A stretch of 49,954 bases of DNA from Bacilli bacterium (GTDB taxonomy: Bacteria > Bacillota_I > Bacilli_A > RF39 > UBA660), in the NCBI GenBank assembly GCA_028684255.1, contig JAQUGJ010000001.1, forward strand, positions 1 to 49,954, in the 5' to 3' direction. Of this stretch, positions 19,761 to 29,300 are shown in pieces. Positions within the stretch are counted from its first letter, which is position 1; the number at the start of each line of letters is the position of its first letter. Below the pieces are notes generated by a model. It had not been told where the DNA came from, made no database searches, and saw only the letters and a program-made list of their open reading frames with translations. A program made the translations under genes and the position numbers.

Positions 19761-22184
19761 CTATCCCAATAAAAATACAAAACCTGCAAAATAATATTTT
19801 CTATCACCACTAGTATAACCTAAAACACTATCAGCTGTCATCTCTCTACCATATCTAACTTCTACCCCGCTCCAACCAGAATAGCTACTCCAAGGTTTTT
19901 TCTTCCAACCATCACTAATGATAATTGAAGAAACTTTTCCAGAGCTTGAATAATTTACCTTTTCTACAATTGCAACGTGACCATAACCATTTCTGTAAAT
20001 ACCTGAGGCATCTTGATAGTTACTTCCACCTGCTGCTATTCCACCAGCCCAAGAAACTACTGAACCTGGTTTTGCTTCATTAACATTTGTTGAAACCGGA
20101 AAGTAATTGGAAAGGCCACTATAAGCACCCCATCCAGCCCCATCACCAGCATGATTTCTAACGGCATTTATAGCAGCTGCTCTCAGCGATGCTTCCATGT
20201 CCGAAAACATTAATATTTCAATTGCCCTATATTTGGAATACCACGGACATTGACCGATATTTCCAGCCTGACTATTATATATTTCTTTTCCATTAAAATC
20301 AACAGCCTGTCTGATTTCGTTTGAATCTTGTCCCTCTCTTATTGGTGCTGAACTACTATAAGTACCACCAATTAAACCTCCAGTAACTTTTTTTATTAAA
20401 ATATTTGTATCGTTTTTAAAATATTTTAATAAAACATTATCACTTGTTCTATCTGTTTCTGGCGTAATATCATTATAAATGTCTTGTAAATCTTGTAATT
20501 TAATATCACTTTCAGGTGTTGAACTTTCTGAAGAACCGTGTTCTATATATTCAAACTTTGTTCTATGTGAAGGCAGAATATCATCGTTTAAGTATAAAAC
20601 CTTGCCCCTACTAGGTAATAATTTGTCTTTTAATTCTTGTTCAGGTTCTACATACTTCAAATGTTCTTCATTTTCTACTGTATATAGGTCTAAAGGTTCT
20701 TTGCAAAAACCAGTTTCGTATAATATATATGACCTAAAAACAATTGCCGCTGCTTCGTCTATTACGTCATTGGTACTACTACCATAAACATTTTTTAGAT
20801 TTTTAACGAATCCTGCTACTAAATTTTCTAATTCATAAGGTTGCTCAACTAATGTATCATTTAAATTAACTGTTACACCAGTACATATATTTACAACAGC
20901 ACCTCTATTACTCATTAATTCTTCTAATATATATTCATAATATTCACTTGTCGAAATAATTTGTTCAGCTGCCATTTTTATTTCATTTTCTGTTGGTATG
21001 TATTCTATGTTTCGTAATTCTGCTATTTTTAATTCTGCTTTTTCTTCTATCTCTTTCTTCTCACTTGAAGAAAGCATATCACCATTTACTTTTATTAATA
21101 CTCCAGCTTTATAAGTATAACCTTCATCTGTTAACCATCTTCTAAATTTTTGATTATAATAATTTTCCTTTAAAACATCAGACAAATAATCTTCTATTAA
21201 AAATTGTTTGTATTTTTCTTCATCATAATCATATTTGACTCTTGTTACTATGGATTTGCTCATTTTATCAGTTGAAGGATCTTTTATTTCTGTACACGTT
21301 GATTCAATTACTTTACTTGTTAATTTTTTAGCAATTAATCTAAGTTTACTTTCAGAATTATTGTTTGTAAAAGTGTTTTCAAAAAAATTACCAATTGCTC
21401 CCCACCAAGAAGTATCTGGAGTATATTTTTCAATTAATGAAGCATAATTTGAATCACCTTCTATTGCTTTTTGATATACTTCATTATAATTACCACATGG
21501 ATGAGCATCTGAAACATTAGATGCCGCTAGAATTCCATCGTAATCAATTCCAACAGGATCTTCCTCATCGCTGTACCATAGATAATTTTCACCCAATACT
21601 TTTAATTCATTTTTTGATATTGAAAGAGAAGTCGTTCCATATAATAATTCATAATAACCATCTTCCGGTAATTTTTCATACATTATTGTCGATACTAGAA
21701 CAGGAATATTTATAATTGGACCATATGAAAATCTAGCATATCCGGCTTGATTCTCATTATACTTATCGTCATTTAATTCGCCAGACATTTTATTGCCGCT
21801 ATTTACATAGTACAAATCATATATAGTCTTGGTTGCATCAAAGAAAGCTTGCTCAGCTTCTGCTTCATCTCTTGCCAAACACTCTGCATCGGTTCCATAA
21901 CATCCCGAAGTAAATAAATTACCTACTTTTGTTCCAAAGGTTCCAACACTCTCTAAAACGTTACCAACGATCCCCGTAACAAGGATTACTGGTGCCATTG
22001 CTGCCATTATTATTATAACAACAACAGCGCCAAAAAAGACAACAGGAATAATTGCTAAAGCAATTTTTACCATTAGCATTGTCTTTTTAACACTCTTTAA
22101 GGAATCTTTTTCTGATTTATAATTTTTTATATTTTCTGATAAGTTTTTTCTTGTTTTATTTAAAAACGAACCAAATTTTCCCAT
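19761..22184 (-). CDS. membrane-anchored peptidoglycan hydrolase with C-terminal CHAP domain (VirB1 / PrgK / TcpG functional analogue)
   Basis: N-terminal TM; C-terminal CHAP catalytic Cys (GQCPWYSKYRA) and His (GYGHVAIVEKV). Central segment VAGFV...DEAAAIVFRSYILYE is faintly SpoIID-like. Confidence 0.75.
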   Translation of the reverse strand: MGKFGSFLNKTRKNLSENIKNYKSEKDSLKSVKKTMLMVKIALAIIPVVFFGAVVVIIIMAAMAPVILVTGIVGNVLESVGTFGTKVGNLFTSGCYGTDAECLARDEAEAEQAFFDATKTIYDLYYVNSGNKMSGELNDDKYNENQAGYARFSYGPIINIPVLVSTIMYEKLPEDGYYELLYGTTSLSISKNELKVLGENYLWYSDEEDPVGIDYDGILAASNVSDAHPCGNYNEVYQKAIEGDSNYASLIEKYTPDTSWWGAIGNFFENTFTNNNSESKLRLIAKKLTSKVIESTCTEIKDPSTDKMSKSIVTRVKYDYDEEKYKQFLIEDYLSDVLKENYYNQKFRRWLTDEGYTYKAGVLIKVNGDMLSSSEKKEIEEKAELKIAELRNIEYIPTENEIKMAAEQIISTSEYYEYILEELMSNRGAVVNICTGVTVNLNDTLVEQPYELENLVAGFVKNLKNVYGSSTNDVIDEAAAIVFRSYILYETGFCKEPLDLYTVENEEHLKYVEPEQELKDKLLPSRGKVLYLNDDILPSHRTKFEYIEHGSSESSTPESDIKLQDLQDIYNDITPETDRTSDNVLLKYFKNDTNILIKKVTGGLIGGTYSSSAPIREGQDSNEIRQAVDFNGKEIYNSQAGNIGQCPWYSKYRAIEILMFSDMEASLRAAAINAVRNHAGDGAGWGAYSGLSNYFPVSTNVNEAKPGSVVSWAGGIAAGGSNYQDASGIYRNGYGHVAIVEKVNYSSSGKVSSIIISDGWKKKPWSSYSGWSGVEVRYGREMTADSVLGYTSGDRKYYFAGFVFLLG

Positions 22185-22202
22185 TCAAAACACCGCCTAT
22201 TA

Positions 22203-23987
22203 TTATAGTCCGCCACCGCTTCCAAATGAATCTAATTCTTGTTCAGTAACAACTATATTTATTTGCATTCTTCTACTACCACACACAAATAAAGCTTCAC
22301 CTTGATTGTAATTCTTTATTCCTGACTTTTCATTATCATTTAAATCAATTAATTTTGATAAATCTTCAACAGCTTGTTTCTTTAATCCCATAACTAAGTA
22401 ATAAGAAGCATTATCAAATATTGCTTTTCCTTGTGTTATTACTTTAGGATCACTAAAGTCAGTTGGTTGTTGTGTAATAATAATTGTACCAGTGTTATAT
22501 TTTCTAGCACGTCTTTGTATTTGTGCTAAGAAATCAGCACCTAAAGCATTACCACCACTTAACAATACATGGGCTTCATCTACTACTAATACAGTATTTT
22601 TACTCTTATCTAAAGTTAATCCCCACGCATATTTTAATATATTAAAGAATAAAGCATTTCGAATGTTTTCGTCAGCATTCATTAATTCTCTAATGTTAAA
22701 TACAACAAATTCACTATTTGGTTTTATTGTTGTATGACCACTAAAGTAATATTTCAATTCTCTTACTAACGGTCTAATTTTTAATTCTAATTTTTCTAAA
22801 ATTTCTTTTTCATGTGATTGTTCTGGCATCGATAATAATCTACCTTTTATTGTAACGTGTACATCTTCAAAAGTAGGATAATCTGCCGAAGTCATTTTAC
22901 TGAAATCGGTATTAAAGTCAATACCAAATCTTTTATATGTTTCTTGAACTATTTCACTAAACATATTTACTACATCTTCTTCTATGGAAGGATCATAATA
23001 TTTCATAAATGCTTTAATTGTTTGGAAAGTTCTAGTTAATATTGTATAACCAAGACCTGATGCTAATTCTTCTTCGTCAGCATCCATAACAATTTCTAGT
23101 GGATTTATCATACCAAATTCTCCACCTTTACCTAAGTCAATAAAGTCACCATTAAATGCTTTAGCCATATCTTCTAATTCACCTTCAGGGTCAATTAATA
23201 CAACTTGATATCCATTTCTAAAATGTGATCTAAAAATTAACTTAGCAGCAGTAGATTTACCACTACCAGAAGTACCTAATATAATTAAATTAGCATTGTT
23301 TCTATTATGTTCTTTTTTAGTTTGATATAAAAACTGATTAAATAGAATAACTCCTCCAGAGAAATCAACTCCTAATAAAGTTGAAAGGCCTGGATCTTTG
23401 ATGCTATCAAAAATAAATGGATACATTGCTGCTAACGTTGGTGCTGCAATTGGTGTACCAATTCTATTTTCAACATCTTGATTTGGGAATATTGGAATTA
23501 TTGATTTAAATACTTGTTCTTGTTGGAATCTTAAAGGGATTGCCCTTAATTCCATAGCATCTAAGTAATTTTTTATTTGCATTTTTTTGCTTACTAAATC
23601 TTCTTCTGAATCTGCACTTATCATTATGTGCATTTGAAAGTCATATATTTTTGCTTGCGTAGACGCTAATTCTTGAATAAACATTTCTAACGATTCATAA
23701 TCTTGTCTAATTCTTTCTTGAATTGTCTTATCATTTTCTTCTTGATAACGGATTTTCAAATCTGCTATTTCTTTATTTAACATCTTACTAACCATACTAA
23801 ATGGTATTGGAATATGTTTGATTACTACCTTTATTCCTGACATACTTGTTATATTAGAAAGGAATCCTGGACTTATCATTTTTGGAAAAGAAATAACCGA
23901 AAATATAGTTGTAAATTTATCATTAATGATAATTTCTGCTGGTTTAAATTCCAACGCCTTTGGCGCTATTTGATTTCTAATTTCCAT
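22203..23987 (-). CDS. T4SS ATPase, VirB4 / TraE / PrgJ family
   Basis: Walker A GTSGSGKST and Walker B VLVVDEAH; N-terminal VirB4-type domain; start overlaps the upstream stop (TAATG). Confidence 0.85.
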   Translation of the reverse strand: MEIRNQIAPKALEFKPAEIIINDKFTTIFSVISFPKMISPGFLSNITSMSGIKVVIKHIPIPFSMVSKMLNKEIADLKIRYQEENDKTIQERIRQDYESLEMFIQELASTQAKIYDFQMHIMISADSEEDLVSKKMQIKNYLDAMELRAIPLRFQQEQVFKSIIPIFPNQDVENRIGTPIAAPTLAAMYPFIFDSIKDPGLSTLLGVDFSGGVILFNQFLYQTKKEHNRNNANLIILGTSGSGKSTAAKLIFRSHFRNGYQVVLIDPEGELEDMAKAFNGDFIDLGKGGEFGMINPLEIVMDADEEELASGLGYTILTRTFQTIKAFMKYYDPSIEEDVVNMFSEIVQETYKRFGIDFNTDFSKMTSADYPTFEDVHVTIKGRLLSMPEQSHEKEILEKLELKIRPLVRELKYYFSGHTTIKPNSEFVVFNIRELMNADENIRNALFFNILKYAWGLTLDKSKNTVLVVDEAHVLLSGGNALGADFLAQIQRRARKYNTGTIIITQQPTDFSDPKVITQGKAIFDNASYYLVMGLKKQAVEDLSKLIDLNDNEKSGIKNYNQGEALFVCGSRRMQINIVVTEQELDSFGSGGGL

Positions 23988-24553
23988 TAAGACATCACCG
24001 TCCCAAACTCTGTGGTTTGCCCACCATTTAAGAAGTTATCTAAAATCATTCTTAAATCATCGTTAGTTGTTTGCATTGAAGTTAATCCCGCTGTTGCAAA
24101 AGTATTAATTAAAGCTCTTATTCTTTTTTGAATTAATTCATCATTTTTTTCTCTAAATAATAAGAAATATTCAGTATCTACTACGTTATTATTAGTAAAC
24201 GAGTTAGCTTTGTTTATATCGTCTAAGATTAATTTTCTTTTTATATTATCTTGAACTGAATTATAGTGGAATTGTAATTGCGATAGATATAAATTAATAT
24301 CTACAGGTCTATCTGCTACTACTATCCAAAATTCATAATCCACTATGTTATAAACATTTCTCAAGTTAGCAATTACACTATTTTGCATATCTTGTTCCAT
24401 AATAAATATATTTCTTGGAACTATTTTAACCCCAGTCACTTTTAAACCATTGTCTAAAATAATCATTCCATTTGTAATATTTTTTACCGGAATATTATCT
24501 GCTGTGTACTTACTTTTTTTGGGTTTGACTGTCTTCTTTGAATTCGTCGCCAT
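23987..24553 (-). CDS. hypothetical cytoplasmic protein, translationally coupled to VirB4; resembles a stand-alone VirB4 N-terminal-type domain
   Basis: 188 aa with no TM. The segment IPVKNITNGMIILDNGLKVTGVKIVPRNIFIMEQD parallels IAPKALEFKPAEIIINDKFTTIFSVISFPKMISPG at the VirB4 N-terminus. Confidence 0.45.
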   Translation of the reverse strand: MATNSKKTVKPKKSKYTADNIPVKNITNGMIILDNGLKVTGVKIVPRNIFIMEQDMQNSVIANLRNVYNIVDYEFWIVVADRPVDINLYLSQLQFHYNSVQDNIKRKLILDDINKANSFTNNNVVDTEYFLLFREKNDELIQKRIRALINTFATAGLTSMQTTNDDLRMILDNFLNGGQTTEFGTVMS

Positions 24554-24857
24554 CTCGATAGCACCAACCTTTCCACATATAACTTCTTCTTAATGTAAAG
24601 AATTCATAAATAATTACTATCAATTGAAACATATTGTGATAATTAGGGACTGGTAACACTAGAAAAGAAGATATCAGTCCCGGTATTATACAAATAATTG
24701 CTATTGTAACATTCTCTGTCGGTAGTATTAATAACAATAAAATTGTTAAAACTATCCCTACTCCAAATATTATTAAATCAATGGTTCTAAATAGCCCAAA
24801 TATTAATAATGATTTTTTGGAGTTTGCAGGTATCAAATATTGATTGCCTCCATCCAC
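24510..24857 (-). CDS. PrgI / TcpE / VirB3-like small membrane protein
   Basis: 115 aa with GTG start and GGAGAG RBS. IPANSKKSLLIFGLFRTIDLIIFGVG followed by two TM helices; located immediately upstream of VirB4. Confidence 0.6.
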   Translation of the reverse strand: MDGGNQYLIPANSKKSLLIFGLFRTIDLIIFGVGIVLTILLLLILPTENVTIAIICIIPGLISSFLVLPVPNYHNMFQLIVIIYEFFTLRRSYMWKGWCYRDGDEFKEDSQTQKK

Positions 24858-24874
24858 TTAGTAACACTCTCCTT

Positions 24875-27430
24875 TTATTCTTTATTATTAGGTTTGTTTT
24901 CAGGATTAGTATTTACCTCTCCTGGTTTTTTTATTTCAGTTTCTAATTTGTTTTGAACTTCTTTAACTTGTTCTTTTATATCAATATTTGGTCGCATATT
25001 TTGTGGTTTTGTTTGACCATCTTTATTAAACCTTAAATTATCAACTAAATTTCCACTTCCTGTTTCAGCTCTTTGTTTTGACGCTTCCATATCAATTACT
25101 TCTACATCTACGTCATGTTTAGGCTGACTTTGTGGATTTTTCGATTCTGGTGTAGCATTAGCTTTATTTTGACTTGCTGTTTCTGAGGTAGTGTTAGTTT
25201 TATTTTGACTTGCAGTTTCTCTTGATTTCTTTAAATCAGAATATTTTTCCGCCATATATTCTTTTTTCTCAATAGTATCTTTTGCTTTTTCATATTTTGT
25301 ATATGTATCAGCATCATTAGGTGATAATGCCGCAGCTTCTTTTAATTCAGTATTTAAGAAATCATAGTTAGTTGAAGCCTTAACCGAAGCAATTCTTAAC
25401 TTATCCACAGCTCCTGCTGCTTCTTCAGAAGTATTATAGGTTACGCCATTTACCACTTTCGAACCACTTTCAACACTCATTTTTGCAGTTTCATAAACTG
25501 ATTGAGCGTTATTTTTTACTTCTTTAGCTTCTCGTAACGCTGTTACTTTTTTACCAAATTCCTTATTTACATACATTTTTTGTTCATTAATATCGGCTTG
25601 TGCTGTAATTACATCTTTATTATCCTTATAAGCTTGTTCAATTATTTTGTTTTGTTCACTACTATTTAAATTTTTAAACTCAGGTTGATCAGCTGATTTT
25701 GTAGCATCATAATTTTTTATTGCTTCAGTTTTAACAGCCTCTTTTGCGGTTCCTACGATTTGGTCATATACCTTTTGAGCTTTTTGTTGAGCTTTATATC
25801 CATCACGCATCTTTGTTAACTGTTCATTTGTTGCCTTTGTTTTTGCTGCTTTAGCTTTGGCTAATGTACTTTTGTTTTCTCCACCAAGCCATCCTGTTGA
25901 ACTCCATGCTTCATCTCTCGCATTTGCTGCTTCTCTTCCAACACCACGTGCATCTTTTGCCATATTTTTTACATTTAAATTATCAAGTGTTCCTTTAGCG
26001 CTCTCTCCTATTTTTGCTTTTTTACCTTCCATCCAAGAAGATACAGCACCTTTACCTTGTGCCCTTGCTCTTTGCTTTGCATCTAATTCGGCAGCGGCAG
26101 CGTTTATCTTGTTTTCATTTCTTCTATCCCATCTATTTGCTCTATATGCTGCAAAACCTGCTGCTGTTCCAGCACTTAAAGATTTAACTCCTCTACCTAG
26201 AATTGGTGCTTCACCCAATTTTTTGAATGATTTTCCAAAACCGCCACCAAAGTCTTTCATTCCAGGAATTAATTCTTGTAATAAGTTTGGTAACTCTTTT
26301 GCAAATAATAACGCACCGAAAATTATAAATAATGTTGCAATTACTCCTCCACCAGAAGTAAATAATGTTGCCATTATTGCTGGAAGCTGTTTAATTACAT
26401 ATACTATGAAGAATACCGATGCATATCTTATAAATACATCTAAATATGTAAAACCACACATTTTAAGCCACTTAGAAAACATTTCACCTTTTCCACTTGG
26501 ATCAATTTTAGATAATATTGGAATTGGCGCTATGATTACTAAAAATGCTAATTTAACAACCCTTATTCCAATATCAACACAGAAATTTGCAAAAATATAA
26601 ATTAGAAATGCAGCTGCTAACCATGAAACACCCCATGAATAAGAAAATAAATATGTGTAATTTGTGTCTGCACTTTTTGCGAATTTTGCATTTAAAGGAT
26701 AGCCTTTTCCACCTGATACATCTAATCCATATATCATATTTTTAATACCTTCAAAATTACCTTTTGAATATGCTTGCGAATATGCTTGTAAATCAGCTTC
26801 TTCATCAGCGAATGTTTTTAAGTCATTATAGCAATCACAATTTACCGTAACCGTACCAACTGCTGGTGTATAACCCAAAGTATCCCAACAACCTTTTCTT
26901 TTATATTCTTCATTAACTAATGAATACATCTCTTTGTTACAGTTAGTTGTTCCTGCCAAGTCACTTCTTAAAGTAAAGAAAGAATTAAATATACTAAAAG
27001 TTACGGTTTCTCCTGCACCTGCTGCCGGATCTACCGTCGTATTACTTACTCCCAAGATAAAATTACCTATAACATTTTGATCTAATACTATTTTTTGTAT
27101 TCTCATAGCAGTATCATATATAAATGGTACCGAAATGATAAGTAACAATGAAATAATAACATTTTGTATTAATTTTCCAAATCCTTTACTATTATCGCTA
27201 AAAGTATCTGGATCAATCAAATATTTAAATAAAGATATTGTTAATTTTATCAACATAAAAACACCTAACAAGACATAAATTCTTGTGGTGAAATCAGCTA
27301 GTTGTCCATTTGCCAATAAATCTACATCTGCAATTTTTTGAAACACGTCATAAACTAAGTTCGCTAAGTATAATAATCCGAAATCTATAGTTCCACTTAT
27401 TGTTCTAAGACCGTCTATTAACCAATCCAT
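24875..27430 (-). CDS. VirB6 / TrbL / TcpH-like polytopic T4SS channel protein with long hydrophilic C-terminal tail
   Basis: 851 aa; about 6-7 TM helices in the first ~400 aa, then ~440 aa rich in K/A/E/N/Q. Position between the VirB2-like and VirB3-like genes. Confidence 0.65.
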   Translation of the reverse strand: MDWLIDGLRTISGTIDFGLLYLANLVYDVFQKIADVDLLANGQLADFTTRIYVLLGVFMLIKLTISLFKYLIDPDTFSDNSKGFGKLIQNVIISLLLIISVPFIYDTAMRIQKIVLDQNVIGNFILGVSNTTVDPAAGAGETVTFSIFNSFFTLRSDLAGTTNCNKEMYSLVNEEYKRKGCWDTLGYTPAVGTVTVNCDCYNDLKTFADEEADLQAYSQAYSKGNFEGIKNMIYGLDVSGGKGYPLNAKFAKSADTNYTYLFSYSWGVSWLAAAFLIYIFANFCVDIGIRVVKLAFLVIIAPIPILSKIDPSGKGEMFSKWLKMCGFTYLDVFIRYASVFFIVYVIKQLPAIMATLFTSGGGVIATLFIIFGALLFAKELPNLLQELIPGMKDFGGGFGKSFKKLGEAPILGRGVKSLSAGTAAGFAAYRANRWDRRNENKINAAAAELDAKQRARAQGKGAVSSWMEGKKAKIGESAKGTLDNLNVKNMAKDARGVGREAANARDEAWSSTGWLGGENKSTLAKAKAAKTKATNEQLTKMRDGYKAQQKAQKVYDQIVGTAKEAVKTEAIKNYDATKSADQPEFKNLNSSEQNKIIEQAYKDNKDVITAQADINEQKMYVNKEFGKKVTALREAKEVKNNAQSVYETAKMSVESGSKVVNGVTYNTSEEAAGAVDKLRIASVKASTNYDFLNTELKEAAALSPNDADTYTKYEKAKDTIEKKEYMAEKYSDLKKSRETASQNKTNTTSETASQNKANATPESKNPQSQPKHDVDVEVIDMEASKQRAETGSGNLVDNLRFNKDGQTKPQNMRPNIDIKEQVKEVQNKLETEIKKPGEVNTNPENKPNNKE
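25148..25219 (-). repeat. 2 x 36-nt in-frame tandem repeat inside the VirB6-like tail
   Basis: Encodes ETASQNKTNTTS / ETASQNKANATP; the DNA copies differ at a few positions. Confidence 0.8.
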
Positions 27431-27433
27431 TAA

Positions 27434-27892
27434 TTATACCCCCTTTGCCATTGCCATTACTACATTACATAAAGGATCTGTTGTAACAATGTTAAAATTA
27501 AATAATATGAATCGTATTATTGCTGGCACTAATAAAATTAAAACCATAATAAATATTCTTCTTATGAAACGTTTACTAGCACCTTTTTTCAAGTCTGCAT
27601 CCTCACTAATAGTTGCTTTAGCAAATTCTGTAATTCCCAATATAACAGTAATTACTATAGCTGCAAGTTGTAACAACATTACAATAGTACCTATTTCTTC
27701 AGCTAAGTCTGTTGTAATATAATTTGCACAATTCTCAGGTGCTGCTAAAACATTAAAGTAGTTTGAAACATCTATTGTTTCGATTGCTAAATTATCAGAA
27801 AAATTTTCTAAACTAATTGCATTTACCTTTCCTGTATTAAATAAAAACATCATAGCAAATAAGCAAATAATAAATAAAACTTTTTTTTGCAT
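27434..27892 (-). CDS. VirB2/TrbC-like pilin-type protein with signal peptide (paralog of 29301..29648)
   Basis: Signal peptide ending VNA/IS, then a two-TM hairpin with basic loop: GITEFAKATISEDADLKKGASKRFIRR aligns with GMLDLGKAVMAQKEDEIKKGQQTFVKR in the paralog. Both proteins end in GV. Confidence 0.5.
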   Translation of the reverse strand: MQKKVLFIICLFAMMFLFNTGKVNAISLENFSDNLAIETIDVSNYFNVLAAPENCANYITTDLAEEIGTIVMLLQLAAIVITVILGITEFAKATISEDADLKKGASKRFIRRIFIMVLILLVPAIIRFILFNFNIVTTDPLCNVVMAMAKGV

Positions 27893-27924
27893 TTTTTCAC
27901 CTCTAATATAATTTTACTATCTAT

Positions 27925-27933
27925 AGTATAGCA
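27925..27933 (-). promoter_or_regulatory. putative extended -10 promoter (TGcTATACT) for the T4SS core unit
   Basis: Minus strand TATTTATGCTATACTATAG lies ~30 nt upstream of the ATG at 27892. Confidence 0.35.
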
Positions 27934-27939
27934 TAAATA

Positions 27940-27977
27940 CAATATAAAAAACAATAATAAATTCATTTATTATTGTT
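27940..27977 (-). terminator. rho-independent terminator after the 412-aa lipoprotein gene
   Basis: Perfect 12-bp inverted repeat AACAATAATAAA-TGAA-TTTATTATTGTT (27950-27961 / 27966-27977) followed by TTTTATATT on the minus strand. Confidence 0.5.
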
Positions 27978-27986
27978 CATTTTACT

Positions 27987-29225
27987 CTATCTTTGTAAAA
28001 TTTTAGGACTTTCTATTTTTTTTAATCCTTCAACAGTATATTCACCATATTTTAATTTAGATTTTATTATTTCTTCATCGATTCTCAAAATCCACTCTTC
28101 AGCTAAAGCATCAAAATCAGTTTTTTTAATTTTTACATTGCTATTGTTTTTATAGATTTGATAATCATCAACTTCCTTAAAAGCAACAAAGAAATTACTA
28201 CCATGAGAACCATAATTATTTCCAAAAGTATAAAGCTTTTGAACATTAAAAAGAAAAACATCATTTAATACTTTCTCGTACGATAAACTATTTTTTTCAA
28301 AATTAAAGATTACGTTTAATTCTTCTTCAGTTGCAAGATTCTTTAAATCAATATTCATTTGTTCAAGTGTTAATTCTTTTGTTCCATATTTGTTTTCAAT
28401 ATATCCATCTGCATCCGTTTTTAAAACAGTTTGTCCATCTTCTATACCATAGTATACTGTTTTATAGTACGGAGATGTTATTTCTCTCATAATTTCATTA
28501 GCATATAAATCCATTTTCGCGTATTTTTCATTATAACCAAATTTATTGTTTTTTAATTCGGATAATAAAACATTAGCACCAACAACTTCTTTAAGTTTTT
28601 CTAAATCTTTTTCTTCAGTATACTCACCAGATATAAATTTGGCTAACACCGATTCAAGTTTTTTCTCATCAATACTATAGTTTTCAACATTTTCATTATT
28701 CTTCTTTAACAAATCGACATATTGTGTTAAAAATTCATAATCAACTTCATTAAATGCGTTTTCAGCAACAGTATGGTTCTTTAAAACACCAATAACCTCT
28801 GCTTTTGCCTTCCTTAATGTTGTTTCTGTATATAAATATTTTGCTAATTGTTCTCTTAATATGTTTTTTCCTTCTTCGGTTAACTCAAAACCATATGATT
28901 TTGCAGCCCAATCAGAAAATTTACCAACAACATTTTCGCCCTGGTTTTCCTTAAAATATAGACTATTATCATATAATGAATCATAATATGGCGTTGGTGA
29001 TTGATTTTGCTTATCTTCTCCCGGTTGAACAATACCACTTGGTGTTGGGTCTGGGTTGTTTTTTTCTTTATTACCACATCCACTGATTCCAATTGCAATT
29101 GTTGTTGTTATAAGAACAGCGGCAATTCCTGTCATAATTTTTTTATTTAATTTTAATTTACCTACCTTCGTATTCTTTTCTGCTACTTTTTCTTTGTTTT
29201 CATCTAAATAATTTTTTACACTCAT
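27987..29225 (-). CDS. hypothetical lipoprotein
   Basis: Lipobox ISG/C after a TM-like h-region at residues ~33-50; strong RBS AGGAGGG; no recognisable domain by eye. Confidence 0.6.
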   Translation of the reverse strand: MSVKNYLDENKEKVAEKNTKVGKLKLNKKIMTGIAAVLITTTIAIGISGCGNKEKNNPDPTPSGIVQPGEDKQNQSPTPYYDSLYDNSLYFKENQGENVVGKFSDWAAKSYGFELTEEGKNILREQLAKYLYTETTLRKAKAEVIGVLKNHTVAENAFNEVDYEFLTQYVDLLKKNNENVENYSIDEKKLESVLAKFISGEYTEEKDLEKLKEVVGANVLLSELKNNKFGYNEKYAKMDLYANEIMREITSPYYKTVYYGIEDGQTVLKTDADGYIENKYGTKELTLEQMNIDLKNLATEEELNVIFNFEKNSLSYEKVLNDVFLFNVQKLYTFGNNYGSHGSNFFVAFKEVDDYQIYKNNSNVKIKKTDFDALAEEWILRIDEEIIKSKLKYGEYTVEGLKKIESPKILQR

Positions 29226-29263
29226 TTTATACCCTCCTGTCTTTTATTAAGTGTTATCTTTAC

Positions 29264-29297
29264 ACAAAAAAAGAGCTTGTTGATACGCTCCTTTTTA
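29264..29297 (-). terminator. rho-independent terminator after the 115-aa VirB2-like gene
   Basis: Minus strand AAAGGAGC-GTATCAACAA-GCTCTTTT followed by further T residues, a few nt after the stop at 29301-29303. Confidence 0.5.
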
Positions 29298-29300
29298 TTA

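Noticed and set aside
25857-26600. 247-aa plus-strand ORF (the longest plus-strand ORF in the track).
   Set aside because: It lies fully antisense to the A/K/E-rich tail of the VirB6-like gene. Its A/P/S/F/L-rich composition is the mirror of that low-complexity region. No RBS and no recognisable motif.
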